Virus record (IMG/VR): IMGVR_UViG_3300017909_001762
Coordinates: 1 to 27,682 of that record
DNA length: 27,682 bases
From: a virus
Taxonomy: Duplodnaviria; Caudoviricetes
Direction: 5' to 3' (one strand)
Each line of letters starts with the position of its first letter. The stretch's first letter is position 1. Shown piece after piece: positions 16,058-25,948 of this stretch. Under the pieces are notes generated by a model that worked only from the letters and a program-made list of their open reading frames with translations, was not told where the DNA came from and ran no database searches. Made by a program: the position numbers and the translations under genes.

Positions 16058-16254
16058 TTTCTTGCCTCATTTCCCATCCAGATTGCAAAGGCACCTGTCA
16101 TAGCACCCATTACTACAGATACAAATCCGGCTTGAACCGCATTTGGATCAGGAAGATTCATAAACCATTCTGCACAACGCCATGCCATAATAGTAAACAT
16201 AATCGTCATGATACGTGGAAGAACCTTCCACTCCATTAACTTATCAGCAGCCAT
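16054..16254 (-). CDS. Small two-TM membrane protein in the lysis cassette
   Basis: LPRIMTIMFTIMAW and AGFVSVVMGAMTGAFAIW hydrophobic helices; ATGA overlap with lysozyme. Confidence 0.7.
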   Translation of the reverse strand: MAADKLMEWKVLPRIMTIMFTIMAWRCAEWFMNLPDPNAVQAGFVSVVMGAMTGAFAIWMGNEARK

Positions 16255-17132
16255 TATGCAGTTACTGTTGACACAGGTTTGAAGATGTCCAGACCTGACA
16301 TTTTCTTTACTTCTTTTCCTGTCTTAATATCAATGATACGACCATCAGGAAGATATAACAAACCTTTTTCTTTGTCGAAACGACCACCGATAGGGCTAGT
16401 GCCTGTACTAATCACGCTTTCATAGATGTCCTGTTCAGACCCCGGAATGTTTGTGCTTGGTCCGATACCTTTTGCATAATAATCTTTTTCTGCCTGTGTC
16501 ATTTCAGCAGGAGCCGCTGGCTCGTCTGGTGCAGAGGGCGCTGCAGGACCGCTAGTTGTGGCTCTTTCGCCGTCATCCTGTACTGGAGGAGCAAAAGGAT
16601 TTGTACCAAAACCTGTATAGACCATGGGCGTACTCCCTGTGAGACTAGCAAGTATGCCACCAAGTCCCAAAGGATTTGTCGAGTGAGTATATCCTGTCAT
16701 ACGACCACGAGGATCGTATTGATACATGCCAATAGTCTTACCTTTTTCTACATCTTTGATAAATTTATTTTCTACCCAGCTACGATCCTCTTCGTTTTTA
16801 TCAGAAAGAAATTTTGCAAGAGCCTGATCTTGCTGCTGGCTTTGATCCATATCTTCATCATCATCACTACCAATAACATCTGCAACATTAGTTTCTTGTC
16901 TGCTTTGTTGTTCAAGTGCAGAAGAAATATCTTGTTCAATATCTTTTTCTCCGGGATCACCAAAGAAAAAAGCAGGGAGGCCCATTGGACCCGGAGTACC
17001 AGCACCACCAAGTGCTTTCAAGGTCTTGCCCTCCTTTGGTGTAATCCACGCAAGCATATGCTTCTGACCATTGATGTCAATGGTACGTGGTGCCTTCACC
17101 ATATCGGAAAGTGTTTTCTTTTTCTTAGCCAT
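16254..17132 (-). CDS. Putative internal virion / ejection protein (292 aa)
   Basis: N-terminal HMLAWITPKE...GGAGTPGPMGLPAF motif, low-complexity P/A/Q/D regions; follows the large internal protein. Confidence 0.55.
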   Translation of the reverse strand: MAKKKKTLSDMVKAPRTIDINGQKHMLAWITPKEGKTLKALGGAGTPGPMGLPAFFFGDPGEKDIEQDISSALEQQSRQETNVADVIGSDDDEDMDQSQQQDQALAKFLSDKNEEDRSWVENKFIKDVEKGKTIGMYQYDPRGRMTGYTHSTNPLGLGGILASLTGSTPMVYTGFGTNPFAPPVQDDGERATTSGPAAPSAPDEPAAPAEMTQAEKDYYAKGIGPSTNIPGSEQDIYESVISTGTSPIGGRFDKEKGLLYLPDGRIIDIKTGKEVKKMSGLDIFKPVSTVTA

Positions 17133-20100
17133 TATTCAATCCTTTGGTTTAACAACTGACCATACAGTTCTTCAATTTGTTGATATGGGATTTCTGCAAC
17201 AGGTCCGGCAAAAGTTTTCTTTGGCCTGACTTGAGATGGTAAAAATTTATTTTCATTAGCATATGCAATTAATTCACGTTCTTCAGGAGTAAATCCTCTT
17301 TTTCTTCCTTCAAGATCGACATCGTCAATCAGTCCTTCAACTGTATATCCAGCATCTTTGTATAATTCTATCACACCACGAAGTTCTTTAAAACCTTCAG
17401 ACCTTCGTTTCTGTGCTTCTACATATTCATTGTAAATATCTTCAGATGTAGAGTTAGGATTTTGAATTACACTTTTTAATCGTCCATCTGCTTTTCTAAT
17501 TCTAGACATAGGTCCAATTACATTCTGTCCAATACCTGCAGACAAATCAATGTTTGTTCTTCTAAATCCAAGAAAAGCAGCCATGTCTACATCACCTTCA
17601 GAAATACTATAGAAGTTATCAGACATGCCACTACGCTCGTAATCTTTTCTTCTATCTAAAAATCTTTTGTATCCCGGATCAAAAAGGTCAACAACTGTAC
17701 TTAAAGAATCTGCTAACACTCCCTGAGATGGTTCAGCACTATAAGATTCTTTTCCAGTAATTTTATTAAAAACGTCTCCCATAGCTTCTGTTAACATAGA
17801 GGGGCCAACAATAGGATAGAATGTTTGTTCTGCTACCCCTATTCCAAGTCTAAACAGTTGCTCCTCATTCAAATCTTCACCTTCAAGCAAAGCAGTATGT
17901 ACACCTCTAGCCATTACTTTTAACATATTATAAGGATCATATGCACCTATGTATGTAACAGGAGCAGACACATGTCCGTTGTTATCTACAGAAAATCCAT
18001 CTAAATAAATTTTATCTTGCAGACGATAATAGGAAGGTCCAAGCAAACTAATAGCTTCGTCTTGTTCTTCTGAAATACCTGCAGCAGAACGAGTAACATT
18101 ATTTAAAACTGTCGGTACAGTTCCAACTGCCGTCATTCCTGCTAACCTAGAACCAGCATATTTTAAAAGCTCTTGTTTATTAACATTTTCATCTCCAGAA
18201 AATGCTACATTTTTTAAATCCTGCATGGTATACTTAGCCATGTTTTTAGATGTTCTTAGCATCTCCATAGGAAAAGCAACAAAGTCTCCAAAGGGAGAAT
18301 ATCCCATTGCTTTAAATGCTTTAGGAACAAGACGATAGTTAGGCATCATGTCCCTAGTTCTTTGAGCAGCCATTTGCTTTATTTGTTCTTCTGAAAAATC
18401 TGGATAAACTTTTTTCAAAGTTTCTTTTGTTTTTTCAAAATGAATAATTTTAAAAAAGTCATCTTCAGCTTGATATACATCTGCTATTTTTTTAAGACCT
18501 TCTTTACCCCTACGAAGAGCCGTAACTTTATTAATATATCCATCTGAATTTTTAAATGCTTCATTTAAATTTCGTCTTACAATACCCAGACCAACACCTG
18601 AGTTTGTAACACCAAGTTGAATATACTCGGCAAGTTGCTCACCCAACTCAGTATTATTTTTATTTCTAAGTTGGGCTGCCGTGGTTTGAATTGCTTTGTT
18701 AAGAGCAGCTTTATTAGGAAAAATACCATTAGCTGTAAGCATTGCTACGTTACCAATCATATTCTTACCATGTGTAGGCACATTCAAAACAGTTTTTGCA
18801 AACTGAGATGCACCTTTAGCGCCTGCAAATGCTTGTAAACCGTTACGAAGAATATTATTTCCAATACTATCAAGAGATACATCAAACCCTTTATTAATTG
18901 CATCTACATATGCTTTGTCTGCGTATACAAACTGCATAGGATTTTTTACATCTCCTGTTTTTGCACCTTCAAAAATCCAACTTAGTTTTTTATCCGCACC
19001 AATACCAGAAGATACATCAACCAAACCTTTTTGTGCTTCTTTAGTAGCTTCTGCATAAGTCAGGTTAGGATTACGATCCATAATTTTCTTTACACGATTT
19101 TGAAACTTAATACTAAGTTGTCCAGCTACTTCATTAAGAAACTCCGCTTCTGCATTCATTTTAGAAAGCTTAACATATGTATTAATAAAGTTTTTCTTGG
19201 GGTCTTTTACTTCTCCCATAAGATCACGAATAGATACGTCAAGATCAGACCGTTTTAGCAACGGTTTACTTGAAGATGCATATCTATTCTTGTTAGAAAT
19301 ACTAGCAATAAAATTAGCAAATGTTTCTGCGTCTTCAGCCTTAACAAGTTTTTCTAAAGTTTCTTGAACTTCAGGAGCGTTAGCAGGAAGGCCTCTTTGT
19401 TTGCCAATAAAGTCTGCAGCGTTTTCAACAACGTCATCTGTAAGACCATCAATCAAAGCATCAGCTTCTTGTTTGCTGTACATGCCTTTTGCTTGACCTA
19501 AACGTATTTCTCTAATCTTAGCTTTATTTTCAGGACGTTTCAAAACACGTTCAGCAATAATCTTTTTGTATTCTGGGTTATCAAAAATTTCATATGACCT
19601 GTTAAGATATATGCCAAGATTATTATCAATAATAGCTCTTAAATTTCCTGCTTCAATAGGAAGTTTTTTAGACAGAGTATCAATTTCATTTCTTAGAATA
19701 TCTACATTATCTGCAACTTTAGGAGATATAACACGAAGATCATCAAGTCGTTTTTTGTTACCAGCCAAAGCTTCATTAATTACATCTCTATAAAACTCTT
19801 CCGTCTTAAATCTTTCTGGAAGATTTTCATCAATAGATTTTTGAAGATCAGCAGCCATGCCGTCTGCACGAACTACAGATGCTTCATCTGCTGTTTCTCT
19901 TTTCAACAAAGCAGAAATAAAATTGTCATCGGTTCCCATACGAGAACTAAAATACTGACCTACTCGACGCCGTGGCTTTTCTGTCATTTCTGCAAGAGTG
20001 CTAATATATGGCTGCGTAGCTCCTCTTGTGGTGTCACCAATTTTTGTAGCTACATTTTTAACTTTTGATAGACTACCAGTTTTATAGCTACGACCAAGAG

Positions 20101-20959
20101 CTTTTGCAAGAGAACCGGCCGAATGTACACCGGCACCACCAAGCCCTTCAAAGGCAAGGTTTTCAATAAAGGCAGTTAGATAATCAGAAGCCTCTACATC
20201 ATCTGGATTTTCGGCAAGCTTTTTTAATCGCTCCATTGCAGCAGGGTCTTCAAAGACAGCAGCTTTAATTGAATCAAATGTGCTAATTCTAGGATCATCA
20301 ATAACAGTTGCGCCAGCCGCATAGGCTACACCATACCCCCCTGCTTTTGCAAATAGTCTACCTTTTTTACCTAGCTTAGAAAGTTGTGCTGCTGCTTGCG
20401 GTGTGCTCGCTACAAGTTTACCTGCCTTTACAAACCCAGTCATTGGCAAAGCATAAGAAGCTAATTCTCCACCAACCTCCTCAATACCAGCTACCAAACC
20501 CTCACCATGATAAGGATCAATAAATGCTGATAATTCTTGTTTTACAGATTTGGGTATATATTGTTGATATGTTTCTGCTGTTTTATCTACTACTTTTTCA
20601 GGAAGAAAAGCTTCAGATAAAAATCCAACTGCATCAGCAGTGCTTCCTAAAGCACGACGAAACATTCGTTGTTGTGGGCCTTGACCAGTTTGTGGACCAA
20701 GTATATAAAAATCTATAATCTGTTGTCTTTGATCATCTGTCATAGTTCCTTGCTGATCATACATGTCTGCAAACTTTTCTGCTTCGGCTTGCATGTTTTT
20801 AAATTCACGAGTAGCAGAAATTACATCTTCATATGTAGTTCCTTTACTCTGAGCAAGGGCAATAATATCCTCTCTTGTAACTTGACCTTTCTCTTTTTTG
20901 AGATTGCCAATGTCACGATATATTTCTTGATATGTGCCAGACTTAAATGAAAGGGACAT
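17132..20959 (-). CDS. Large internal virion (DNA ejection) protein (1275 aa)
   Basis: Size, helical Ala/Gly-rich segments, position after tail genes as in podoviral ejectosome clusters. Confidence 0.7.
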   Translation of the reverse strand: MSLSFKSGTYQEIYRDIGNLKKEKGQVTREDIIALAQSKGTTYEDVISATREFKNMQAEAEKFADMYDQQGTMTDDQRQQIIDFYILGPQTGQGPQQRMFRRALGSTADAVGFLSEAFLPEKVVDKTAETYQQYIPKSVKQELSAFIDPYHGEGLVAGIEEVGGELASYALPMTGFVKAGKLVASTPQAAAQLSKLGKKGRLFAKAGGYGVAYAAGATVIDDPRISTFDSIKAAVFEDPAAMERLKKLAENPDDVEASDYLTAFIENLAFEGLGGAGVHSAGSLAKALGRSYKTGSLSKVKNVATKIGDTTRGATQPYISTLAEMTEKPRRRVGQYFSSRMGTDDNFISALLKRETADEASVVRADGMAADLQKSIDENLPERFKTEEFYRDVINEALAGNKKRLDDLRVISPKVADNVDILRNEIDTLSKKLPIEAGNLRAIIDNNLGIYLNRSYEIFDNPEYKKIIAERVLKRPENKAKIREIRLGQAKGMYSKQEADALIDGLTDDVVENAADFIGKQRGLPANAPEVQETLEKLVKAEDAETFANFIASISNKNRYASSSKPLLKRSDLDVSIRDLMGEVKDPKKNFINTYVKLSKMNAEAEFLNEVAGQLSIKFQNRVKKIMDRNPNLTYAEATKEAQKGLVDVSSGIGADKKLSWIFEGAKTGDVKNPMQFVYADKAYVDAINKGFDVSLDSIGNNILRNGLQAFAGAKGASQFAKTVLNVPTHGKNMIGNVAMLTANGIFPNKAALNKAIQTTAAQLRNKNNTELGEQLAEYIQLGVTNSGVGLGIVRRNLNEAFKNSDGYINKVTALRRGKEGLKKIADVYQAEDDFFKIIHFEKTKETLKKVYPDFSEEQIKQMAAQRTRDMMPNYRLVPKAFKAMGYSPFGDFVAFPMEMLRTSKNMAKYTMQDLKNVAFSGDENVNKQELLKYAGSRLAGMTAVGTVPTVLNNVTRSAAGISEEQDEAISLLGPSYYRLQDKIYLDGFSVDNNGHVSAPVTYIGAYDPYNMLKVMARGVHTALLEGEDLNEEQLFRLGIGVAEQTFYPIVGPSMLTEAMGDVFNKITGKESYSAEPSQGVLADSLSTVVDLFDPGYKRFLDRRKDYERSGMSDNFYSISEGDVDMAAFLGFRRTNIDLSAGIGQNVIGPMSRIRKADGRLKSVIQNPNSTSEDIYNEYVEAQKRRSEGFKELRGVIELYKDAGYTVEGLIDDVDLEGRKRGFTPEERELIAYANENKFLPSQVRPKKTFAGPVAEIPYQQIEELYGQLLNQRIE

Positions 20960-20967
20960 AATTATTC

Positions 20968-22611
20968 CTACTGCGTAGCAACTGCTGTACCTGATCCAGA
21001 CGCAGTTCCTAAAATGTCATCTACTGTATTACCAGACGAATTAGGGTCGGCAGGTGTTCCACCACCCGGAGATATTGAGTCAGCCATTTCATCAATTAAA
21101 GATATCATAAGAGCATCTTGTTTTTCTTCAGTGTCATACATTGACGGGTTTTCTCTTATTGCTTTTTCAGCAGCAGACTGAGCTTTACGACGAATATCAG
21201 CAGCAGTTTGAGGCGATTTTCCGTAGTTGTTTTCTATATAATCAGAAAACTTATTAGCTTTTTCAACACCAATCAAATAATTAGTAGGTGTCATAAGCTC
21301 ATAAACATCAGTCAAAGTTTTTGTTTCAATTTCTTTAAGTTTTGCTTGAGCTTCAATTTCAGAAATACGCCCTTCTGCCAAAGCTTTTTGCACTTCAAAC
21401 CTTGCTTCATCAATATCAGGACGGTTTTCTTCTGCAGCCTTTACCCCTTCTGCAATCTGTAAACCCAAAGATGTTTCTGGATCAGCAGCAGCAAAACCAA
21501 GAAGAACATCAGAGCCATAAGAAATAGGACTACGTTCTCTTTCTAGTTTGGCAAGTTTTTGTTGTGCTGCCTCTTCTTGTTCTTTTCTAAATTTTGTTTG
21601 CTCTTCAACTAAATCTTTTCCAAGACCAAGAGTTTCAAGAGTGCTCCGCAAAATATCAGCTTTGGTAGGAGTTTTAAAATCGTCATCACTTCCTACAGTT
21701 GATCCTGTTTGTAAATTTTTTATCATTCCAGACAGTCCACCTTTAGAACGATAGGCTACACGACCACCTGTATTAAAAAAACCAAAAGATGATCCAACCT
21801 TACCTACTGCGCCAAGAATACCAGCAAGGTTTTGTGCTGCAGAGGGACGGGCTGTTGGTTGATACTGAGCAAAAGACTGATATGGATAGCCATATACAGT
21901 TGCTTGATACTGACCAAGCAAGTCATATGGATACTGCTGACGCTTCATAAAGTCTTGGTACGCAATATCAAGTCCTTGCTGTTGCATACCTCGTTGTGCT
22001 TCACCAATACCGGACAGTGCTGTCAGTTCTGCAAGAGCCTGACGAGGTGCTTGTTGTCCAAGCGACATTAGACCAGAAGCTGCCTGACGCTCTCGTGCTT
22101 TTTGTGCTTCAAATGCACGTTGACCAGATTCAAAAGCTGCTTGTGATCCACGAGTTTGAATATCACCAAGACGTTGTTGCAAGTTACGTCCTGCCTCTGC
22201 TTCAAGAATAGCTTGACGAGAACCACCAAAACCACCAGCACCTACAGCAGCAGCACCAATGTCCTGCATACCACGTTCTGCCTGACGAACAGCCTCACGC
22301 TTTTCAACGTCTACTACGGCTTGCTGATACGGAGACATATACTGTTGTGCAGTATCAGCAGTAAACCGCTGACCAAGACCTTTGGTAAGCTGTGCTGCCG
22401 GATCAAAGTACTGTCGTCCCGCACCTACAAGACCTGCAATACCAGACATTGCTGCCTGTTCTTCTGGGGTAAAACCAGCAATGCGTGGCTGATCGTAGGT
22501 CTGAAAACCCTCTCCTTTTTTAGCCTCATAAATCTTTCTGGCTTCTTCAAGAATATTAGCCAGCGCATCTTCATAGGGCTTTGGTGTTTGATATTGTCTA
22601 TCAGCCATCAT
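20968..22611 (-). CDS. Internal virion / DNA transfer protein (547 aa)
   Basis: IAGFTPE, YMSPYQQAVVD, AVGAGGFGGSRQAILEAE; Q/A-rich coiled coils typical of podoviral pilot proteins. Confidence 0.7.
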   Translation of the reverse strand: MMADRQYQTPKPYEDALANILEEARKIYEAKKGEGFQTYDQPRIAGFTPEEQAAMSGIAGLVGAGRQYFDPAAQLTKGLGQRFTADTAQQYMSPYQQAVVDVEKREAVRQAERGMQDIGAAAVGAGGFGGSRQAILEAEAGRNLQQRLGDIQTRGSQAAFESGQRAFEAQKARERQAASGLMSLGQQAPRQALAELTALSGIGEAQRGMQQQGLDIAYQDFMKRQQYPYDLLGQYQATVYGYPYQSFAQYQPTARPSAAQNLAGILGAVGKVGSSFGFFNTGGRVAYRSKGGLSGMIKNLQTGSTVGSDDDFKTPTKADILRSTLETLGLGKDLVEEQTKFRKEQEEAAQQKLAKLERERSPISYGSDVLLGFAAADPETSLGLQIAEGVKAAEENRPDIDEARFEVQKALAEGRISEIEAQAKLKEIETKTLTDVYELMTPTNYLIGVEKANKFSDYIENNYGKSPQTAADIRRKAQSAAEKAIRENPSMYDTEEKQDALMISLIDEMADSISPGGGTPADPNSSGNTVDDILGTASGSGTAVATQ

Positions 22612-23302
22612 TTAACTCCCGAAACAATTTGTTTTCGTTTACTTCCTTTTGCTGTGTTGTTTTACCATGTGCATCTTCCCTTACATCTTTCATGAACTGA
22701 TCTAGTTTATCTGCACCTGCATCAGATGATCCGTTGCCAAGAGCAGATACAACATCTGCAGCTACAACATACTCATCTGCGCTTAGTTTTGCTTTTTTAA
22801 TTACAGGGTCACCGACGACATCAAAGTCAATCTCGTCGTCCATCCCGTCTCCCTTACCCTGAACTCGGCCTTCAAAAGTATCTTTTGCTCTACGACCTGC
22901 CGACAGTGCTGCTGTCAAACCACCCTCCATCGCCACAGGAAGCTCAGGGAGTGGCATTGCCATTGATTGTGGCATCGGCATACTAGGAACCTCTACAGGA
23001 GCCGGTGGGGGGGCTTCAAACTTCATTAGTTTATTCAGACCATAATCCATCAGTTGCTGCATAGCTTCCTTGCCAGTATTATAATTAGACACAAGACCTG
23101 ATAATCCTGCTATCTCATCTTCCAAGCTGAAGGCTTCAGGCAATCCAGTACGTGGGTTTGTAGTTAGTTCGCCCATACGACCAAGCATTCTAATTTCTGG
23201 CTTTGACATATGAACAAGCTCCGTGTCACCCATACGTCCACGAAGCGCAAGAAGATTAGATAGCCCACTCATAGGTGCTTGTCTGTTTACCATGTATGCC
23301 AT
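22601..23302 (-). CDS. Putative internal virion protein (233 aa)
   Basis: GRMGDTELVHM...NPRTGLPEAF and GKGDGMDDEI...LSADEYVVAADVVSALGNGSSDAGA motifs; Pro/Met-rich linker. Confidence 0.6.
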   Translation of the reverse strand: MAYMVNRQAPMSGLSNLLALRGRMGDTELVHMSKPEIRMLGRMGELTTNPRTGLPEAFSLEDEIAGLSGLVSNYNTGKEAMQQLMDYGLNKLMKFEAPPPAPVEVPSMPMPQSMAMPLPELPVAMEGGLTAALSAGRRAKDTFEGRVQGKGDGMDDEIDFDVVGDPVIKKAKLSADEYVVAADVVSALGNGSSDAGADKLDQFMKDVREDAHGKTTQQKEVNENKLFRELNDG

Positions 23303-23514
23303 TACGTCACCTTGTTGGGCGTCATATAGTTTGACTGCGCCTTTGTCATATCTGCTTGAAAGTTACTGCTTTTATTATACACTGAATTCATGTTTAATGC
23401 CATACCCTGAGCGGTTTTTGTTCCAAAATAATCGTTTGTTTGCACAATTCCTTGGTTGACATTTGTTACATATGTGCTACTATTTATTAAATCAAAATAA
23501 TTTTGCTTGTTCAT
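23302..23514 (-). CDS. Hypothetical protein (70 aa, Asn/Thr-rich)
   Basis: TAATG overlaps at both ends. Confidence 0.65.
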   Translation of the reverse strand: MNKQNYFDLINSSTYVTNVNQGIVQTNDYFGTKTAQGMALNMNSVYNKSSNFQADMTKAQSNYMTPNKVT

Positions 23515-23783
23515 TAGTTTAAATTAACCCATCCTGTGCTACTTACATATCCCTTAAACTTTTCTTCGCCTAGAGAAAATGCAATATCGCCCGGATTTGG
23601 CCTACCAATTTCAGTAACAGTAACAACACTGTATACTTTTGTTGCAGGTCTATTGTCTACCTGATTATCTCGTAGGTCTAGTTCCTGTGCTAGTTGATTA
23701 GCCCAAGAAACAATTTCGTTATATACTCGTTCTATGTTTTCTCTTGATGGAATATATGAAGGTAGGTTGGGGTAATTAGCCAT
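23514..23783 (-). CDS. Hypothetical virion-associated protein (89 aa)
   Basis: TAATG overlaps; C-terminal PGDIAFSLGEEKFKGY..TGWVNL resembles small fibre-like trimer motifs. Confidence 0.65.
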   Translation of the reverse strand: MANYPNLPSYIPSRENIERVYNEIVSWANQLAQELDLRDNQVDNRPATKVYSVVTVTEIGRPNPGDIAFSLGEEKFKGYVSSTGWVNLN

Positions 23784-25663
23784 TAACGTCTTCCATCAGG
23801 CTGAATACCCAAACGCATTGAACCCCAGCGCCACGACCCTGAATTTGTACCGGACACTCGAACTGTTGCCTGTCGGCCTCTTGCTCTCATGTCAATCTTA
23901 TTTGTCGTGCCAAAAATATTAAATGGTCCTTTTGTTATAGTTGTAGCGGCGGGATATTCTTTTGTTTTAATAAATACTTCAACAGAATTACCAGCATCAA
24001 AAGAATAATCAGGAACAATACGGTCAACAAATATCATTTCATCGCCCTCATTCAGATCAATTGATCCAGACTCTAGGAATGAAGATAAAGCTTCACCATC
24101 TCCTGTATATATATTATCAGGTTCATTATCCCAAACAAATGTACCAGCCGTTGCGGACACAGCACCAGTTGCTAGTGTATTTTCATAAACATTTCTATCA
24201 GCAAACGTACCATAAAAAGAGTCACCATAAACCCAAGTCTGTTCCTGCACATTATAAATTACATATGCATTTGGTTCTGTTGAGTTGCCTTTTGGATATA
24301 ACCAAATTATTTCTTTAAACTCTGAGTTAACACCAGCAAATACTTTGTCTTTGTTTGTCATGTTAAAGTCACCAAACAAAAATCTACGAATTGTACATGG
24401 CAGGTTTCTTACACGACCATCAAAAGCATAAAAGTTATTGTCGCCCATCCAGTAAGATACACCATCATAGTCAATAGCAGCATGTGGTGCAATTAGACCA
24501 CAGTTTGTACCAACTTGCTGAAAGTTAAAAATAAAAGGAGGACCAACAAACTGCTGTGTATACATTGCGTTGTCTGTCCAGATGTGAATTGCATTTCTAG
24601 AACGAACAGCGCCTACAATTTCTGTACCATCCGCTAGAATAGTTTCGCCAGATGTTGTACTAGTGGCGGGAGTCCAGTTTTGAAAGTTTTCTTGATCCGA
24701 CCAACGAACCAGCATACTATTAAAGTCGCCTGTTCCAAACTCATTGGTAGCATAACAAATAGCGTGACGATCATTTGGAGACACAATCAAAAAGTTTGAT
24801 TGAGAAGGAGCATTTGTTGCTGTAATCAAAGGAGCGTTTGTGCTACTGGTAATTGGCTTCATACGTTCTGGTGTAGAACTTGCATCTGTATCATAGTAAT
24901 ATAAATTACCACCACGACGAAGACCAAGAACATCTTCACCCCAGTTATCAAACTTCCATTGAGCACCCCTAAATGTAAATCCAGAAGAGCTTGCTGCTAC
25001 GTTCCAAGCACGAAGTCCTGTTGTAGATGCTCCTGCCTGATAATAAGATGCACCATACCCCAAACCCTGAATGCTGTCTGACAATTCGTTTTGAAGAAGA
25101 AAGGCTACAGATACAGCAGTTCCCCCTGCGGCTGCAGAAGTTTCTGCTGCTGATACGTCGGATATAATTGTAAGATTATTAAGGTCCGTTGCCGTTACAA
25201 CTTCAAAAACTGGTCCACCAGAACTAGAAGATGTCAATACAATATTGCCGCCAACAGTTGTAGCAGCTTGGATAATAATTCTATCTCCACCTTCAAGACC
25301 ATGATTGCTAATATTTATAGATACAGTTGTAGAATTCTGAGATGTAGAAATAGGATTAGAAGCAGATACAACTGTTACAATAGGAGTAACATCATAAAAT
25401 TCTTGATCTTTTTCTACATATATTTGATGATTTGTACCTGTAATTAAATGTTTTCTAGTATCATTATCAGCCCATGCAAGAATATCACGAGAAATGCCGT
25501 TTAAGGAATTAGTGTTATGTTTTTGATATCCACGTAAATTTTCTGGTTTTCCTTCACGAAAACGCACACGATTTCCATCATACCACTTACCCTCTTCAGA
25601 GTATTGAGTAGATTCCCTATGAAAACCGGGAAGAAAATTTAGTTTCACATATCGGGTAGACAT
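23783..25663 (-). CDS. Tail hub/nozzle ('stabilization') protein, P22 gp10-like beta-propeller
   Basis: GKWYDGNRVRFREGKPE, VRWSDQE, IWTD, GTNCGLI, YWMG, EIIWLYP, YVIYN, RARGRQ, WRWGSMRLGIQPDGRR. Confidence 0.75.
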   Translation of the reverse strand: MSTRYVKLNFLPGFHRESTQYSEEGKWYDGNRVRFREGKPENLRGYQKHNTNSLNGISRDILAWADNDTRKHLITGTNHQIYVEKDQEFYDVTPIVTVVSASNPISTSQNSTTVSINISNHGLEGGDRIIIQAATTVGGNIVLTSSSSGGPVFEVVTATDLNNLTIISDVSAAETSAAAGGTAVSVAFLLQNELSDSIQGLGYGASYYQAGASTTGLRAWNVAASSSGFTFRGAQWKFDNWGEDVLGLRRGGNLYYYDTDASSTPERMKPITSSTNAPLITATNAPSQSNFLIVSPNDRHAICYATNEFGTGDFNSMLVRWSDQENFQNWTPATSTTSGETILADGTEIVGAVRSRNAIHIWTDNAMYTQQFVGPPFIFNFQQVGTNCGLIAPHAAIDYDGVSYWMGDNNFYAFDGRVRNLPCTIRRFLFGDFNMTNKDKVFAGVNSEFKEIIWLYPKGNSTEPNAYVIYNVQEQTWVYGDSFYGTFADRNVYENTLATGAVSATAGTFVWDNEPDNIYTGDGEALSSFLESGSIDLNEGDEMIFVDRIVPDYSFDAGNSVEVFIKTKEYPAATTITKGPFNIFGTTNKIDMRARGRQATVRVSGTNSGSWRWGSMRLGIQPDGRR

Positions 25664-25947
25664 TATTTTAATCTCTTTATTTCTGATTCCGAAATAAATT
25701 GTACTAAATTACTTTGCTCTTCAATCATTTTATTTCTTAGACTTTCTACAGCAGCGCCTGTTTGTCTTGACTGTTGTGCATTTTCAATAAGAAGAACAGG
25801 CAACCAAGCCATAGAACATCCCCACTCATCAGTAGGCTCACCCGTATTAGGATGCGTCCCTGAAATTTTCATAAACCAAGCACAATCAAATTGTTTACAT
25901 GGTTCAAAATTATTTAAAGGACAGTTTTGTTTTACTTCTAATTTCAT
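25663..25947 (-). CDS. Cys-rich hypothetical phage protein (94 aa)
   Basis: CPL...C...C AWF...WGCSMAWLP then ENAQQSRQTGAAVESLRN coiled coil. Confidence 0.75.
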   Translation of the reverse strand: MKLEVKQNCPLNNFEPCKQFDCAWFMKISGTHPNTGEPTDEWGCSMAWLPVLLIENAQQSRQTGAAVESLRNKMIEEQSNLVQFISESEIKRLK

Positions 25948-25948
25948 A

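Noticed and set aside
16683-22695. Plus-strand ORFs over the ejection protein genes (e.g. 22156..22695)
   Set aside because: Antisense shadows of codon-biased genes
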